Shown here: one piece after another, positions 1 through 9,682 of the stretch | How positions within the stretch are numbered: position 1 is the first letter of the stretch | How the letters are laid out: each line of letters begins with the position of its first letter | Origin: Escherichia coli O127:H6 str. E2348/69 | Lineage (GTDB): Bacteria; Pseudomonadota; Gammaproteobacteria; Enterobacterales; Enterobacteriaceae | Assembly: GCF_000026545.1 (NCBI RefSeq) | Contig: NC_011601.1 | Strand: one strand, 5' to 3' | DNA length: 64,000 nucleotides | Notes under the pieces: model-generated | The model's input: the letters and a program-made list of their open reading frames with translations, nothing else | Database searches by the model: none | What the model was told of the DNA's origin: nothing | Translations under genes and position numbers: made by a program

Positions 1-497
1 TTATTGCCACTGCCAATACGCGCGATCGCGGCGTCAATGAAATGAGTGCCGCGCTAAAGCGTCGCTTCGATTTTGAAACTGTCTTTCCGATTATGGATTT
101 CGCCCAGGAGCTGGAGCTTGTCGCCAGTGCTTCGGCGCGTTTGCTGGCCCATAGCGGCATTCCGCATAAAGTGCCTGACGCGGTACTGGAGTTACTGGTC
201 CGCACCTTTCGCGATCTGCGTGCCAACGGCGAAAAGAAAACGTCAATGGATACACTAACAGCGATTATGTCCACCGCTGAAGCCGTGAACGTGGCCCACT
301 CGGTGGGCGTCCGCGCCTGGTTTTTAGCGAATCGAGCAGGTGAGCCAGCCGATCTGGTGGACTGTATTGCCGGAACCATCGTCAAAGATAACGAAGAAGA
401 TCGCGCGCGCCTGCGCCGTTACTTCGAACAACGTGTTGCTACACATAAAGAAGCTCACTGGCAGGCTTATTATCAAGCTCGCCACCGCCTGCCGTGA
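1..497 (+). CDS. yehL: MoxR-family AAA+ ATPase, C-terminal part (5' end lies outside the window; stop at 495-497)
   Basis: Open frame from the window edge to TGA 495-497; recognised as the C-terminus of the MoxR-like ATPase that heads the yehLMPQ operon; the next gene starts 10 nt downstream. Confidence 0.8.
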   Translation, partial: IATANTRDRGVNEMSAALKRRFDFETVFPIMDFAQELELVASASARLLAHSGIPHKVPDAVLELLVRTFRDLRANGEKKTSMDTLTAIMSTAEAVNVAHSVGVRAWFLANRAGEPADLVDCIAGTIVKDNEEDRARLRRYFEQRVATHKEAHWQAYYQARHRLP

Positions 498-507
498 GGA
501 AAGATGT

Positions 508-2787
508 ATGAGCGAGCCGTTAATTGTCGGCATCCGGCATCATAGCCCGGCCTGCGCCCGGCTGGTGAAATCGTTAATCGAAAGCCAGCGGCCACGATAC
601 GTATTGATTGAAGGCCCGGCTGATTTTAATGACCGGGTAGACGAACTGTTTTTAGCCCACCAGCTTCCGGTAGCTATTTACAGTTATTGCCAGTATCAGG
701 ACGGTGCGGCCCCCGGGCGTGGTGCCTGGACGCCATTTGCTGAATTTTCGCCGGAGTGGCAGGCGCTACAAGCCGCACGTCGTATTCAGGCACAAACTTA
801 CTTCATCGATTTGCCTTGCTGGGCGCAGAGTGAAGAAGAAGACGAATCACCCGATACGCAAGATGACAGCCAGACCTTACTGCTGCGTGCCACCTGCATG
901 GATAACAGCGATACCCTGTGGGATCACTTATTCGAAGATGAAAGCCAGCAAACTGCATTACCCTCTACGCTGGCGCACTATTTTGCCCAACTGCGGGGCG
1001 ATTCCCCCGGAGATGCTCTCAATCGTCAGCGCGAAGCCTTTATGGCTCGCTGGATTACATGGGCGATGCAGCAAAACAATGGCGACGTGTTAGTCGTCTG
1101 CGGCGGCTGGCACGCTCCTGCACTGGCAAAAATGTGGCGCGAATGCCCGCAGGAAATTAACAAGCCAGAATTGCCCTCGCTGGCAGATGCCGTTACAGGT
1201 TGTTATCTCACACCCTACAGTGAAAAGCGCCTTGATGTGCTGGCAGGATACCTTTCCGGAATGCCTGCCCCGGTCTGGCAAAACTGGTGCTGGCAGTGTG
1301 GCTTACAGCAGGCAGGTGAACAACTGCTGAAAACGGTTCTTACCCGTTTGCGCCAGCACAAATTGCCCGCTTCTACCGCTGATATGGCTGCCGCTCATCT
1401 GCATGCGATGGCACTGGCACAGTTGCGCGGCCATACACTACCTCTACGCACTGACTGGCTGGATGCCATAGCTGGTTCGCTGATTAAAGAAGCCTTGAAC
1501 GCGCCGTTGCCGTGGAGCTACCGCGGGGTCATTAATCCCGATACCGATCCGATTCTGGTAACGTTGATAGACACATTAGCGGGTGACGGATTCGGTAAAC
1601 TTTCCCCTTCTACGCCACAACCGCCTCTGCCAAAAGATGTCACCTGCGAACTGGAACGTACCGGAATCTCTCTTCCGGCGGAGCTTACCTTAAATCGCTT
1701 TACCCCCGATGGACTGGCGCAAAGTCAGGTGTTACATCGGTTGGCAATACTGGAGATCCCAGGGGTTGTGCGCCAGCAGGGAAGTACACTGTCACTTGCA
1801 GGCAACGGTGAAGAATGCTGGAAATTAACCCGCCCGCTTAGCCAGCATGCTGCATTGATTGAGGCCGCCTGCTTTGGCGCCACACTCCAGGAAGCCGCAC
1901 GCCATAAATTAGAAGCCGATATGCTGGACGCGGGTGGAATCGGCTGTATCACCACATGTCTTAGCCAGGCAGCGTTAGCGGGTCTGGCGTCTTTCAGTCA
2001 ACAATTACTGGAACAACTCACATTATTAATCGCCCAGGAAAATCAATTCGCCGAAATGGGCCAGGCGCTGGAAGTGCTATATGCCTTATGGCGGTTGGAT
2101 GAAATCAGCGGTATGCAAGGCGCGCAGATATTACAAACGACGTTATGCGCGGCTATCGATCGCACACTCTGGCTATGTGAATCCAACGGCAGACCGGATG
2201 AAAAGGAGTTTCACGCTCACCTGCATAGCTGGCAGGCGCTTTGCCATATCCTGCGCGATCTACATAGCGGCGTTAATTTACCCGGCGTTTCGCTTTCTGC
2301 GGCAGTAGCCTTACTGGAGCGCCGCAGTCAGGCGATTCATGCCCCGGCGCTGGATCGCGGCGCGACTCTTGGCGCACTGATGCGTCTGGAACATCCCAAC
2401 GCCAGTGCCGAAGCGGCGCTGACGATGCTGGCGCAGTTATCCCCGGCACAATCCGGCGAGGCGCTGCACGGTTTGCTGGCGCTGGCCCGCCATCAACTGG
2501 CCTGTCAGCCGGTATTTATCGCCGGTTTCAGCAGTCATTTAAATCAACTGAGTGATGCCGATTTTATCAATGCCCTGCCCGATTTACGCGCGGCGATGGC
2601 CTGGCTACCACCACGAGAACGCGGGACGCTGGCGCATCAGGTGCTTGAGCATTATCAACTGGCGCAACTTCCCGTTTCGGCACTGCAAATGCCGTTGCAT
2701 TGTCCACCACAAGCCATTGCACATCATCAACAACTCGAACAGCAGGCACTGGCATCGCTGCAATACTGGGGAGTTTTCCATGTCTGA
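508..2787 (+). CDS. yehM: Uncharacterized 759-aa protein, second gene of the yehLMPQ operon
   Basis: ATG 508 preceded by GAGGA at 496-500; the track ORF 340-2787 is in the same frame and I take its upstream part as non-coding read-through; stop overlaps the yehP start. Confidence 0.85.
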   Translation: MSEPLIVGIRHHSPACARLVKSLIESQRPRYVLIEGPADFNDRVDELFLAHQLPVAIYSYCQYQDGAAPGRGAWTPFAEFSPEWQALQAARRIQAQTYFIDLPCWAQSEEEDESPDTQDDSQTLLLRATCMDNSDTLWDHLFEDESQQTALPSTLAHYFAQLRGDSPGDALNRQREAFMARWITWAMQQNNGDVLVVCGGWHAPALAKMWRECPQEINKPELPSLADAVTGCYLTPYSEKRLDVLAGYLSGMPAPVWQNWCWQCGLQQAGEQLLKTVLTRLRQHKLPASTADMAAAHLHAMALAQLRGHTLPLRTDWLDAIAGSLIKEALNAPLPWSYRGVINPDTDPILVTLIDTLAGDGFGKLSPSTPQPPLPKDVTCELERTGISLPAELTLNRFTPDGLAQSQVLHRLAILEIPGVVRQQGSTLSLAGNGEECWKLTRPLSQHAALIEAACFGATLQEAARHKLEADMLDAGGIGCITTCLSQAALAGLASFSQQLLEQLTLLIAQENQFAEMGQALEVLYALWRLDEISGMQGAQILQTTLCAAIDRTLWLCESNGRPDEKEFHAHLHSWQALCHILRDLHSGVNLPGVSLSAAVALLERRSQAIHAPALDRGATLGALMRLEHPNASAEAALTMLAQLSPAQSGEALHGLLALARHQLACQPVFIAGFSSHLNQLSDADFINALPDLRAAMAWLPPRERGTLAHQVLEHYQLAQLPVSALQMPLHCPPQAIAHHQQLEQQALASLQYWGVFHV

Positions 2788-3916
2788 ACTGAACGATCTT
2801 CTGACCACCCGTGAGCTACAACGCTGGCGATTAATTCTTGGCGAAGCGGCAGAAACGACGCTTTGTGGGCTGGATGACAACGCCCGGCAGATAGACCACG
2901 CGCTGGAGTGGCTGTATGGGCGCGATCCTGAACGGCTCCAGCGTGGTGAACGCTCTGGTGGATTAGGTGGCTCAAATCTCACCACCCCTGAGTGGATCAA
3001 CAGTATTCACACGCTGTTTCCGCAACGGGTGATCGAGCGGCTGGAAAGCGATGCCGTGCTGCGCTACGGCATTGAAGATGTGGTGACGAATCTCGACGTG
3101 CTGGAACGTATGCAGCCTTCTGAAAGCCTGCTACGCGCCGTTTTGCACACTAAACATCTGATGAATCCCGAAGTACTGGCTGCCGCCCGCCGGATAGTGC
3201 ACCAGGTTGTTGAAGAGATTATGGCGCGACTGGCAAAGGAAGTTCGTCAGGCTTTTTCTGGAGTACGCGATCGCCGTCGCCGCTCATTTATTCCACTGGC
3301 GCGAAACTTTGATTTCAAAAGTACTCTGCGCGCCAACCTGCAACACTGGCACCCGCAACACGGCAAGTTGTATATCGAATCCCCCCGCTTTAACAGCCGC
3401 ATTAAACGCCATAGCGAACAATGGCAACTGGTCCTACTGGTTGATCAAAGCGGATCAATGGTGGACTCGGTGATCCACTCCGCAGTGATGGCGGCCTGTT
3501 TATGGCAGTTACCCGGTATTCGTACCCATCTGGTGGCGTTTGACACCAGCGTCGTCGATCTCACGGCAGACGTTGTCGATCCGGTAGAATTATTAATGAA
3601 AGTGCAATTAGGCGGCGGGACCAATATCGCCAGTGCCGTGGAGTATGGTCGGCAACTTATTGAACAACCAGCGAAAAGCGTCATTATTCTCGTGAGCGAT
3701 TTTTATGAAGGTGGGTCATCATCATTGCTGACGCATCAGGTGAAAAAGTGTGTCCAGAGCGGCATCAAAGTGCTGGGGCTGGCAGCGCTCGACAGCACCG
3801 CAACGCCTTGCTATGACCGCGATATGGCCCAGGCGCTGGTTAATGTCGGCGCACAAATAGCCGCAATGACACCGGGCGAGCTGGCTTCCTGGCTTGCGGA
3901 GAATCTTCAGTCATGA
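2780..3916 (+). CDS. yehP: von Willebrand factor A (VWA) domain protein with a MIDAS motif
   Basis: ATG 2780 overlaps the yehM stop (ATGTCTGA); 378 aa; DQSGS motif at residues 222-226 (nt 3443-3457) sits after a hydrophobic strand (LVLLV), as expected for a MIDAS site. Confidence 0.85.
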   Translation: MSELNDLLTTRELQRWRLILGEAAETTLCGLDDNARQIDHALEWLYGRDPERLQRGERSGGLGGSNLTTPEWINSIHTLFPQRVIERLESDAVLRYGIEDVVTNLDVLERMQPSESLLRAVLHTKHLMNPEVLAAARRIVHQVVEEIMARLAKEVRQAFSGVRDRRRRSFIPLARNFDFKSTLRANLQHWHPQHGKLYIESPRFNSRIKRHSEQWQLVLLVDQSGSMVDSVIHSAVMAACLWQLPGIRTHLVAFDTSVVDLTADVVDPVELLMKVQLGGGTNIASAVEYGRQLIEQPAKSVIILVSDFYEGGSSSLLTHQVKKCVQSGIKVLGLAALDSTATPCYDRDMAQALVNVGAQIAAMTPGELASWLAENLQS

Positions 3917-5916
3917 ATTCACGACGTCCGGAATTATTAGAACTGACACCACAGGCACTGACGGCGTTAAGCAATGCCGGTTTTGTTAAGCGCAGCCTTA
4001 AGGAACTGGAAAATGGCAACGTCCCGGAAATCAGTCATGAGAACGGCGCTTTAATCGCCACCTTCAGTGACGGTGTCCGTACCCAGCTGGCGAACGACCA
4101 GGCACTGAAAGAGGCTCAGTGCACCTGCGGGGCCAGCGGCATGTGCCGTCATCGCGTGATGCTGGTGTTAAGTTATCAACGACTTTGTGCCACCGCCCAG
4201 CCTACGGAAAAAAAAGAAGAAGAGTGGGATCCGGCAATCTGGCTGAAAGAACTGGCTACCCTGCCCGATGCCACCCGCAAACGCGCGCAGGCGCTGGTCG
4301 CTAAAGGCATCACCATTGAGTTGTTCTGTGCGCCTGGCGAAATTCCCTCTGCCCGATTACCGATGAGCGATGTGCGTTTTTATTCCCGCAGCAGCATTCG
4401 CTTCGCACGCTGTGATTGCATTGAAGGCACACTTTGCGAACATGTCGCACTGGCTGTGCAAGCCTTCGTCGAGGCCAAAACTCAGCAAGCGGAATTTACT
4501 CATTTAATCTGGCAGATGCGCAGTGAACACGCCACATCATCTGATGATCCGTTTGCCAGCGAAGAAGGCAAAACGTGTCGTCAATATGTTCAGCAATTAA
4601 GCCAGGCATTATGGCTGGGCGGGATAAGTCAACCGCCAATCCATTACGAGGCCGCTTTCAGTCGCGCGCAGCAAGCGGCAGAACGCTGCAACTGGCGATG
4701 GGTGAGTGAATCGCTACGGCAATTGCGCGCCAGTGTTGATGCCTTCCACGCCCGTGCCAGCCACTACCATGCCGGAGAATGCTTACGTCAGCTTGCGGCA
4801 TTAAACAGTCGATTAAATTGCGCACAAAAGATGGCGCGGCGCGACAGTGTTGGTGAAGTTCCTCCTGTGCCCTGGCGCACGGTCGTTGGCGCTGACATTG
4901 CCGGAGAAGCAAAACTTGATCATCTGCGGCTGGTGTCTTTAGGTATGCGTTGCTGGCAGGATATTGAGCAGTATGGTTTACGCATCTGGTTTACCGATCC
5001 CGACACAGGAAGTATTTTGCATCTTTCGCGTAGTTGGCAGAGAAGCGAACAGGAAAACTCACCGGCAGCGACGCGTCGGCTGTTTAGTTTTCAGGCTGGC
5101 GCACTGGCAGGTGGGCAAATTGTTTCACAAGCTGCAAAACGCAGTGCCGATGGCGAGCTGCTGTTAGCGACCCGTAACCGCTTGAGTAGTGTTGTTCCAC
5201 TGTCGCCAGACGCCTGGCAAATGTTGAGCGCGCCGTTGCGCCAGCCGGGCATTGTGGCTTTGCGGGAATATTTACGCCAGCGTCCCCCCGCCTGCATACG
5301 ACCACTCAACCAGGTCGATAACTTATTTATTCTGCCGGTAGCGGAGTGTATTTCGCTCGGTTGGGATAGCAGCCGCCAGACGCTGGATGCGCAGGTAATC
5401 AGCGGCGAAGGGGAAGATAATGTGCTGACGTTATCCCTTCCGGCATCTGCCTGTTCTCCTTTTGCCGTTGAACGCATGGCGGCGCTTTTGCAACAAACAG
5501 ACGACCCCGTGAGTCTGGTTTCTGGCTTTGTCAGTTTTGTAGAGGGGCAATTGACACTGGAACCACGGGTGATGATGACAAAAACCCGCGCCTGGGCGCT
5601 GGACGCAGAAACTGCGCCTGTGGCACCGCTACCTTCTGCCAGCGTTCTGCCTGTGCCGCCTACCGCTCATCAGTTGCTGATGCGCTGCCAGGCGTTACTT
5701 ATTCAACTGCTCCATAACGGCTGGCGCTATCAGGAACAGAGTGCTATTGGTGAGGCAGAGTTGCTGGCGAATGACCTCACCGCGGTGGGTTTTTATCGGC
5801 TGGCACATGTGTTGGGACAATTTCGTAATACAGAAAGCGAGGCACGGGTAGAAGCAATGAATAACGGTGTTTTACTTTGCGAACAATTATTCCCCATGCT
5901 TCAGCAACAAGGATGA
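3913..5916 (+). CDS. yehQ: SWIM zinc-finger domain protein
   Basis: ATG 3913 overlaps the yehP stop (ATGA); two CxCx5CxH motifs at nt 4120-4152 and 4411-4443; 667 aa if this start is used, but the start is uncertain. Confidence 0.75.
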   Translation: MNSRRPELLELTPQALTALSNAGFVKRSLKELENGNVPEISHENGALIATFSDGVRTQLANDQALKEAQCTCGASGMCRHRVMLVLSYQRLCATAQPTEKKEEEWDPAIWLKELATLPDATRKRAQALVAKGITIELFCAPGEIPSARLPMSDVRFYSRSSIRFARCDCIEGTLCEHVALAVQAFVEAKTQQAEFTHLIWQMRSEHATSSDDPFASEEGKTCRQYVQQLSQALWLGGISQPPIHYEAAFSRAQQAAERCNWRWVSESLRQLRASVDAFHARASHYHAGECLRQLAALNSRLNCAQKMARRDSVGEVPPVPWRTVVGADIAGEAKLDHLRLVSLGMRCWQDIEQYGLRIWFTDPDTGSILHLSRSWQRSEQENSPAATRRLFSFQAGALAGGQIVSQAAKRSADGELLLATRNRLSSVVPLSPDAWQMLSAPLRQPGIVALREYLRQRPPACIRPLNQVDNLFILPVAECISLGWDSSRQTLDAQVISGEGEDNVLTLSLPASACSPFAVERMAALLQQTDDPVSLVSGFVSFVEGQLTLEPRVMMTKTRAWALDAETAPVAPLPSASVLPVPPTAHQLLMRCQALLIQLLHNGWRYQEQSAIGEAELLANDLTAVGFYRLAHVLGQFRNTESEARVEAMNNGVLLCEQLFPMLQQQG

Positions 5917-6040
5917 AATAGTGCTTTTTATTAAGAGTTCTACTCCTGTTCCGGACTGCTCACGCCACAGTATTAGGCATATCCTATATAGCCCCTGGTG
6001 AGAGTCACCAGTTCCTTGATTAAATAAAATGGAGTTTTAC

Positions 6041-6502
6041 ATGAAGGCTTTCAATAAGCTGTTTTCCCTTGTTGTTGCATCTGTTCTGGTTTTCTCTCTT
6101 GCTGGCTGCGGTGACAAAGAAGAATCAAAGAAATTCAGCGCCAATCTGAACGGCACTGAAATTGCCATTACCTATGTCTACAAAGGTGACAAGGTGCTTA
6201 AGCAATCTTCTGAAACCAAAATTCAATTTGCCTCCATTGGTGCAACCACCAAAGAAGATGCCGCCAGGACACTTGAGCCGTTAAGCGCTAAATACAAAAA
6301 CATCGCGGGTGTTGAAGAAAAATTAACCTATACCGATACCTACGCGCAGGAAAACGTGACTATTGATATGGAAAAAGTGGATTTTAACGCCCTGCAGGGT
6401 ATTTCAGGAATCAACGTTTCTGCTGAAGATGCTAAAAAAGGTATCACTATGGCGCAAATGGAACTGGTGATGAAAGCCGCTGGTTTTAAAGAAGTGAAAT
6501 AA
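6041..6502 (+). CDS. yehR: Lipoprotein (signal peptide with lipobox LAGC)
   Basis: ATG 6041 with GGAG 6 nt upstream; N-terminus MKAFNKLFSLVVASVLVFSLAGC is a typical lipoprotein signal; 153 aa. Confidence 0.85.
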   Translation: MKAFNKLFSLVVASVLVFSLAGCGDKEESKKFSANLNGTEIAITYVYKGDKVLKQSSETKIQFASIGATTKEDAARTLEPLSAKYKNIAGVEEKLTYTDTYAQENVTIDMEKVDFNALQGISGINVSAEDAKKGITMAQMELVMKAAGFKEVK

Positions 6503-6508
6503 TCTGTC

Positions 6509-6533
6509 GGCGGCCATGTTTCGCATGGCCGCC
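6509..6533. terminator. Perfect 10-bp inverted repeat (GGCGGCCATG / CATGGCCGCC, 5-nt loop) between convergent yehR and yehS
   Basis: Read directly from the sequence; no clear U-tract on either strand, so termination is inferred from position only. Confidence 0.45.
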
Positions 6534-6542
6534 ATACCCGTC

Positions 6543-7013
6543 TTAGCTTTTCTTCACATGCTGGCGCGCTGCCAGTCCACGCAGAAAATAACGTAAAAAT
6601 TGATCGCCGCATTCGCGGAAGTTTTTATGATCCGGTGCACGCATCATCGCCGTAATTTCCGGCATCGAAACGCGGAACTGCTGTTCGGTGAGGATTGCCA
6701 GAATGTCATCGGTTTTAAGCGAAAACGCGATGCGTAATTTTTTCAGCACGATGTTGTTATTAATGCGACGTTCCGGCTCCAGTGCCAGAGCAGACTCATC
6801 CTTGCCGCGTTTTTCATAAATCAGGCCATTGAGGAATGAAGACAAAACAATGTCCGGACAACGCTGAAAACCCTCTTCGTCTTCTTTACGTAGCCAGACG
6901 GCGATCTGTTCCGCGGTGGCTTCGACATTACCCAGCGCCAGAATACGCACCAGGTCATTATTATTGGCTTTCAAAATGTAGCGCACGCTGCGCAGAATAT
7001 CGTTACTTAGCAT
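6543..7013 (-). CDS. yehS: Uncharacterized protein, immediately downstream of btsR
   Basis: ORF on the minus strand; start placed at the Met giving MLSNDILRSV (156 aa); the track ORF extends 19 codons further upstream. Confidence 0.75.
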   Translation of the reverse strand: MLSNDILRSVRYILKANNNDLVRILALGNVEATAEQIAVWLRKEDEEGFQRCPDIVLSSFLNGLIYEKRGKDESALALEPERRINNNIVLKKLRIAFSLKTDDILAILTEQQFRVSMPEITAMMRAPDHKNFRECGDQFLRYFLRGLAARQHVKKS

Positions 7014-7059
7014 GAGGCCTTCAGGTGTTGATGAGGCAAAAAGCCATTTTAGCAGTCTT

Positions 7060-7779
7060 TTACAGGCCAATCGCCTCTTTTAAGCTTTTCAGATAACGGC
7101 GGCTGACCGGCACGGTTAAGCCATTACGCAAAATCAACTCGGCCTGGCCGTTATCTTCCAGACGGATCTCCTGTAAATGCGCGAGGTTAACCAGATACTG
7201 ACGATGGCAGCGCAGTAGTGGTGTACGACTTTCCAGGGTACGTAATGTCAGTTCGGTAAAGCCCTCTTTCCCTTCGTGACTGGTAACGTAGACACCGCTC
7301 ATCCGACTGCTGACAAATGCCACATCTTTCATTTGCAGCAAATAAATCCGACTATGCCCCGTACAAGGGATAAATTTCAGCGCCTGTTGATTTTCCGGTA
7401 ACAACGAAACATCCTGCTTGCTGCGCTCCTGACGCAATCGCGCCAGCGTTTTCTCCAGTCGCGCTTCATCAATTGGCTTCAGCAGATAATCAAAGGCATG
7501 TTCTTCAAAGGCTTTAATGGCGTATTCGTCAAACGCGGTGAGAAAAACAATATACGGGCGATGTTCCGGGTCGAGCATCCCCACCATTTCCAGACCACTG
7601 ATGCGCGGCATCTGGATATCGAGAAACAGCACATCCGGGCGCAGTTTATGCACCGCGCCGATCCCTTCTACGGCGTTTGAACACTCTCCAACGATTTCAA
7701 TATCGCTCTGCTCCTGCAAAAATACGCGCAGGTTCTCCCGTGCTAACGGTTCATCATCGACAATTAAGACTTTAATCAT
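7060..7779 (-). CDS. btsR: LytTR-family response regulator (receiver domain plus LytTR DNA-binding domain)
   Basis: N-terminus [17 protein letters not shown] is a receiver domain; 239 aa; start overlaps the btsS stop (ATGA). Confidence 0.9.
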
Positions 7780-9461
7780 GCCTCGTCCCTCCATGGTAGT
7801 CGTAACGTTATTCGGGTGTAACTATCAGGCTCACAGGCGACGCTTATCCCATAGTCATCGCCAAACCGTTCACGTAAACGCTTATCCACCAGATTCATCC
7901 CCAGCCCACTGGCATTGGTTACCGGTTGATACAAACCGGCATTGTCTTCGATCTCCAGCATCAAATGTTGCCCCTCACGTCGGGCGCTGATTGCCACTCG
8001 CCCTGTATCCAGCAGTTGTGATGTCCCATGTTTAATGGCGTTTTCCACTATCGGTTGCAGGGTAAACGCGGGCAATTGCTGCTGGGATAATTCTTGCGGA
8101 ATAGCAATGTTGACCTGCAACCGCGACTGGAAGCGCGCCTTTTCAATTTGCAGATAAGCGTTCACATGTTCAATTTCGTCGGCGAGAGTAACAAACTCCG
8201 AAGGCCGCTTTAAGTTTTTGCGGAAAAAAGTAGAAAGATACTGCACCAGCTGGCTGGCCTGTTCGCTGTCGCGGCGGATCACCGCTTTAATGGTGTTAAG
8301 CGCATTAAACAAAAAATGGGGATTCACCTGGGCGTGAAGCAGTTTGATCTCTGACTGGGTGAGCATCGCTTTTTGCCGCTCATATTGCCCGGCGAGGATC
8401 TGCGCCGAAAGCAGTTGCGCAATCCCCTCGCCCAGCGTGCGGTTGATTGAACTGAATAAACGGTTTTTGGCCTCATACAATTTGATGGTACCCATCACTC
8501 GCTGATTTTCACCACGCAACGGAATGACCAGCGTCGACCCCAGTTTGCATTGCGGATGCAAAGAGCAACGGTAAGGCACTTCGTTGCCATCAGCGTAGAC
8601 CACTTCACCGGTTTCAATCGCTTTTAAGGTATAAGTCGAAGAAATCGGTTTGCCGGGTAAATGGTGGTCGTCACCAATTCCGGTAAAGGCCAGCAATTTC
8701 TCTCGATCGGTAATCGCGACTGCACCAATATCCAGCTCCTGATACAGCACCTGTGCCACTTTCATGCTGTTCACTTCGTTAAACCCCTGGCGCAAAATGC
8801 CTTCCGTCGAGGCCGCCACTTTCAGCGCAGTGGCAGAAAAAGCCGAAGTGTATTTTTCAAACATCGCGCGTTTATCGAGCAATATACGCATAAACAGTGC
8901 CGCGCCGACGGTATTGGTGACCATCATTGGCGCAGCAATATTACTCACCAGACGCACCGCATCTTCATAAGGTCGGGCGATCGCCAGGATAATCAACATT
9001 TGCACCATTTCAGCGACGAACGTGACGGCACCGGCGGTAATGGGGTTAAAGACTTTATCAGTGCGCCCGCGACGGATCAGGATGCTGTGTACCATGCCAC
9101 CGAGCAATCCTTCAACGATGGTCGAGATCATGCAACTTAGCGCGGTCATGCCCCCCATCGAATATCGATGTAACCCGCCGGTCAGACCAACCAGCCCACC
9201 GACGACCGGACCGCCGAGTAAGCCGCCCATTACCGCACCTATCGCACGGGTATTGGCAATAGAATCGTCAATGTGCAACCCAAACCAGGTGCCCATGATG
9301 CAGAAGATGGAAAAGACGATGTAGCAGAGAAATTTATGCGGCAGACGAACCGTGACCTGCATTAACGGTATGAATAATGGCGTTTTACTCATTAACCACG
9401 CAATGACTAAAAAAACGCACATCTGCTGAAGCAGCAGCAACACCAGATTAAAATCGTACAT
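7776..9461 (-). CDS. btsS: LytS-type membrane sensor histidine kinase
   Basis: Multi-pass hydrophobic N-terminus followed by a histidine-kinase core; 561 aa from the Met giving [11 protein letters not shown]. Confidence 0.9.
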
Positions 9462-9682
9462 ACCCGCAAACCACACTTCCCTTTAAAACGCGTAACATAC
9501 ATTGCTTGCGTTTAACTTTCTTTGAACTCTTGCAGAAAAATGAGAATTCGTGAGTACGATCACTCAAAATCGCCTGGCAAAAATAAAATCACCCTATAGA
9601 TGCACAAAAAACAGGCAAAACTACCTGGTTCGCAAAACTGCGTCTAAAGTTAAACCGGGACCTCGCGAGCAAGGGTGAGACG

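Noticed and set aside
340-507. Upstream in-frame extension of the yehM ORF overlapping the yehL 3' end
   Set aside because: It would overlap the end of yehL by more than 150 nt in another frame; the ATG at 508 has a ribosome-binding site and sits just after the yehL stop.
2552-2779. Upstream in-frame extension of the yehP ORF inside yehM
   Set aside because: Same reasoning: the coupled ATG at 2780 overlapping the yehM stop is the natural start.
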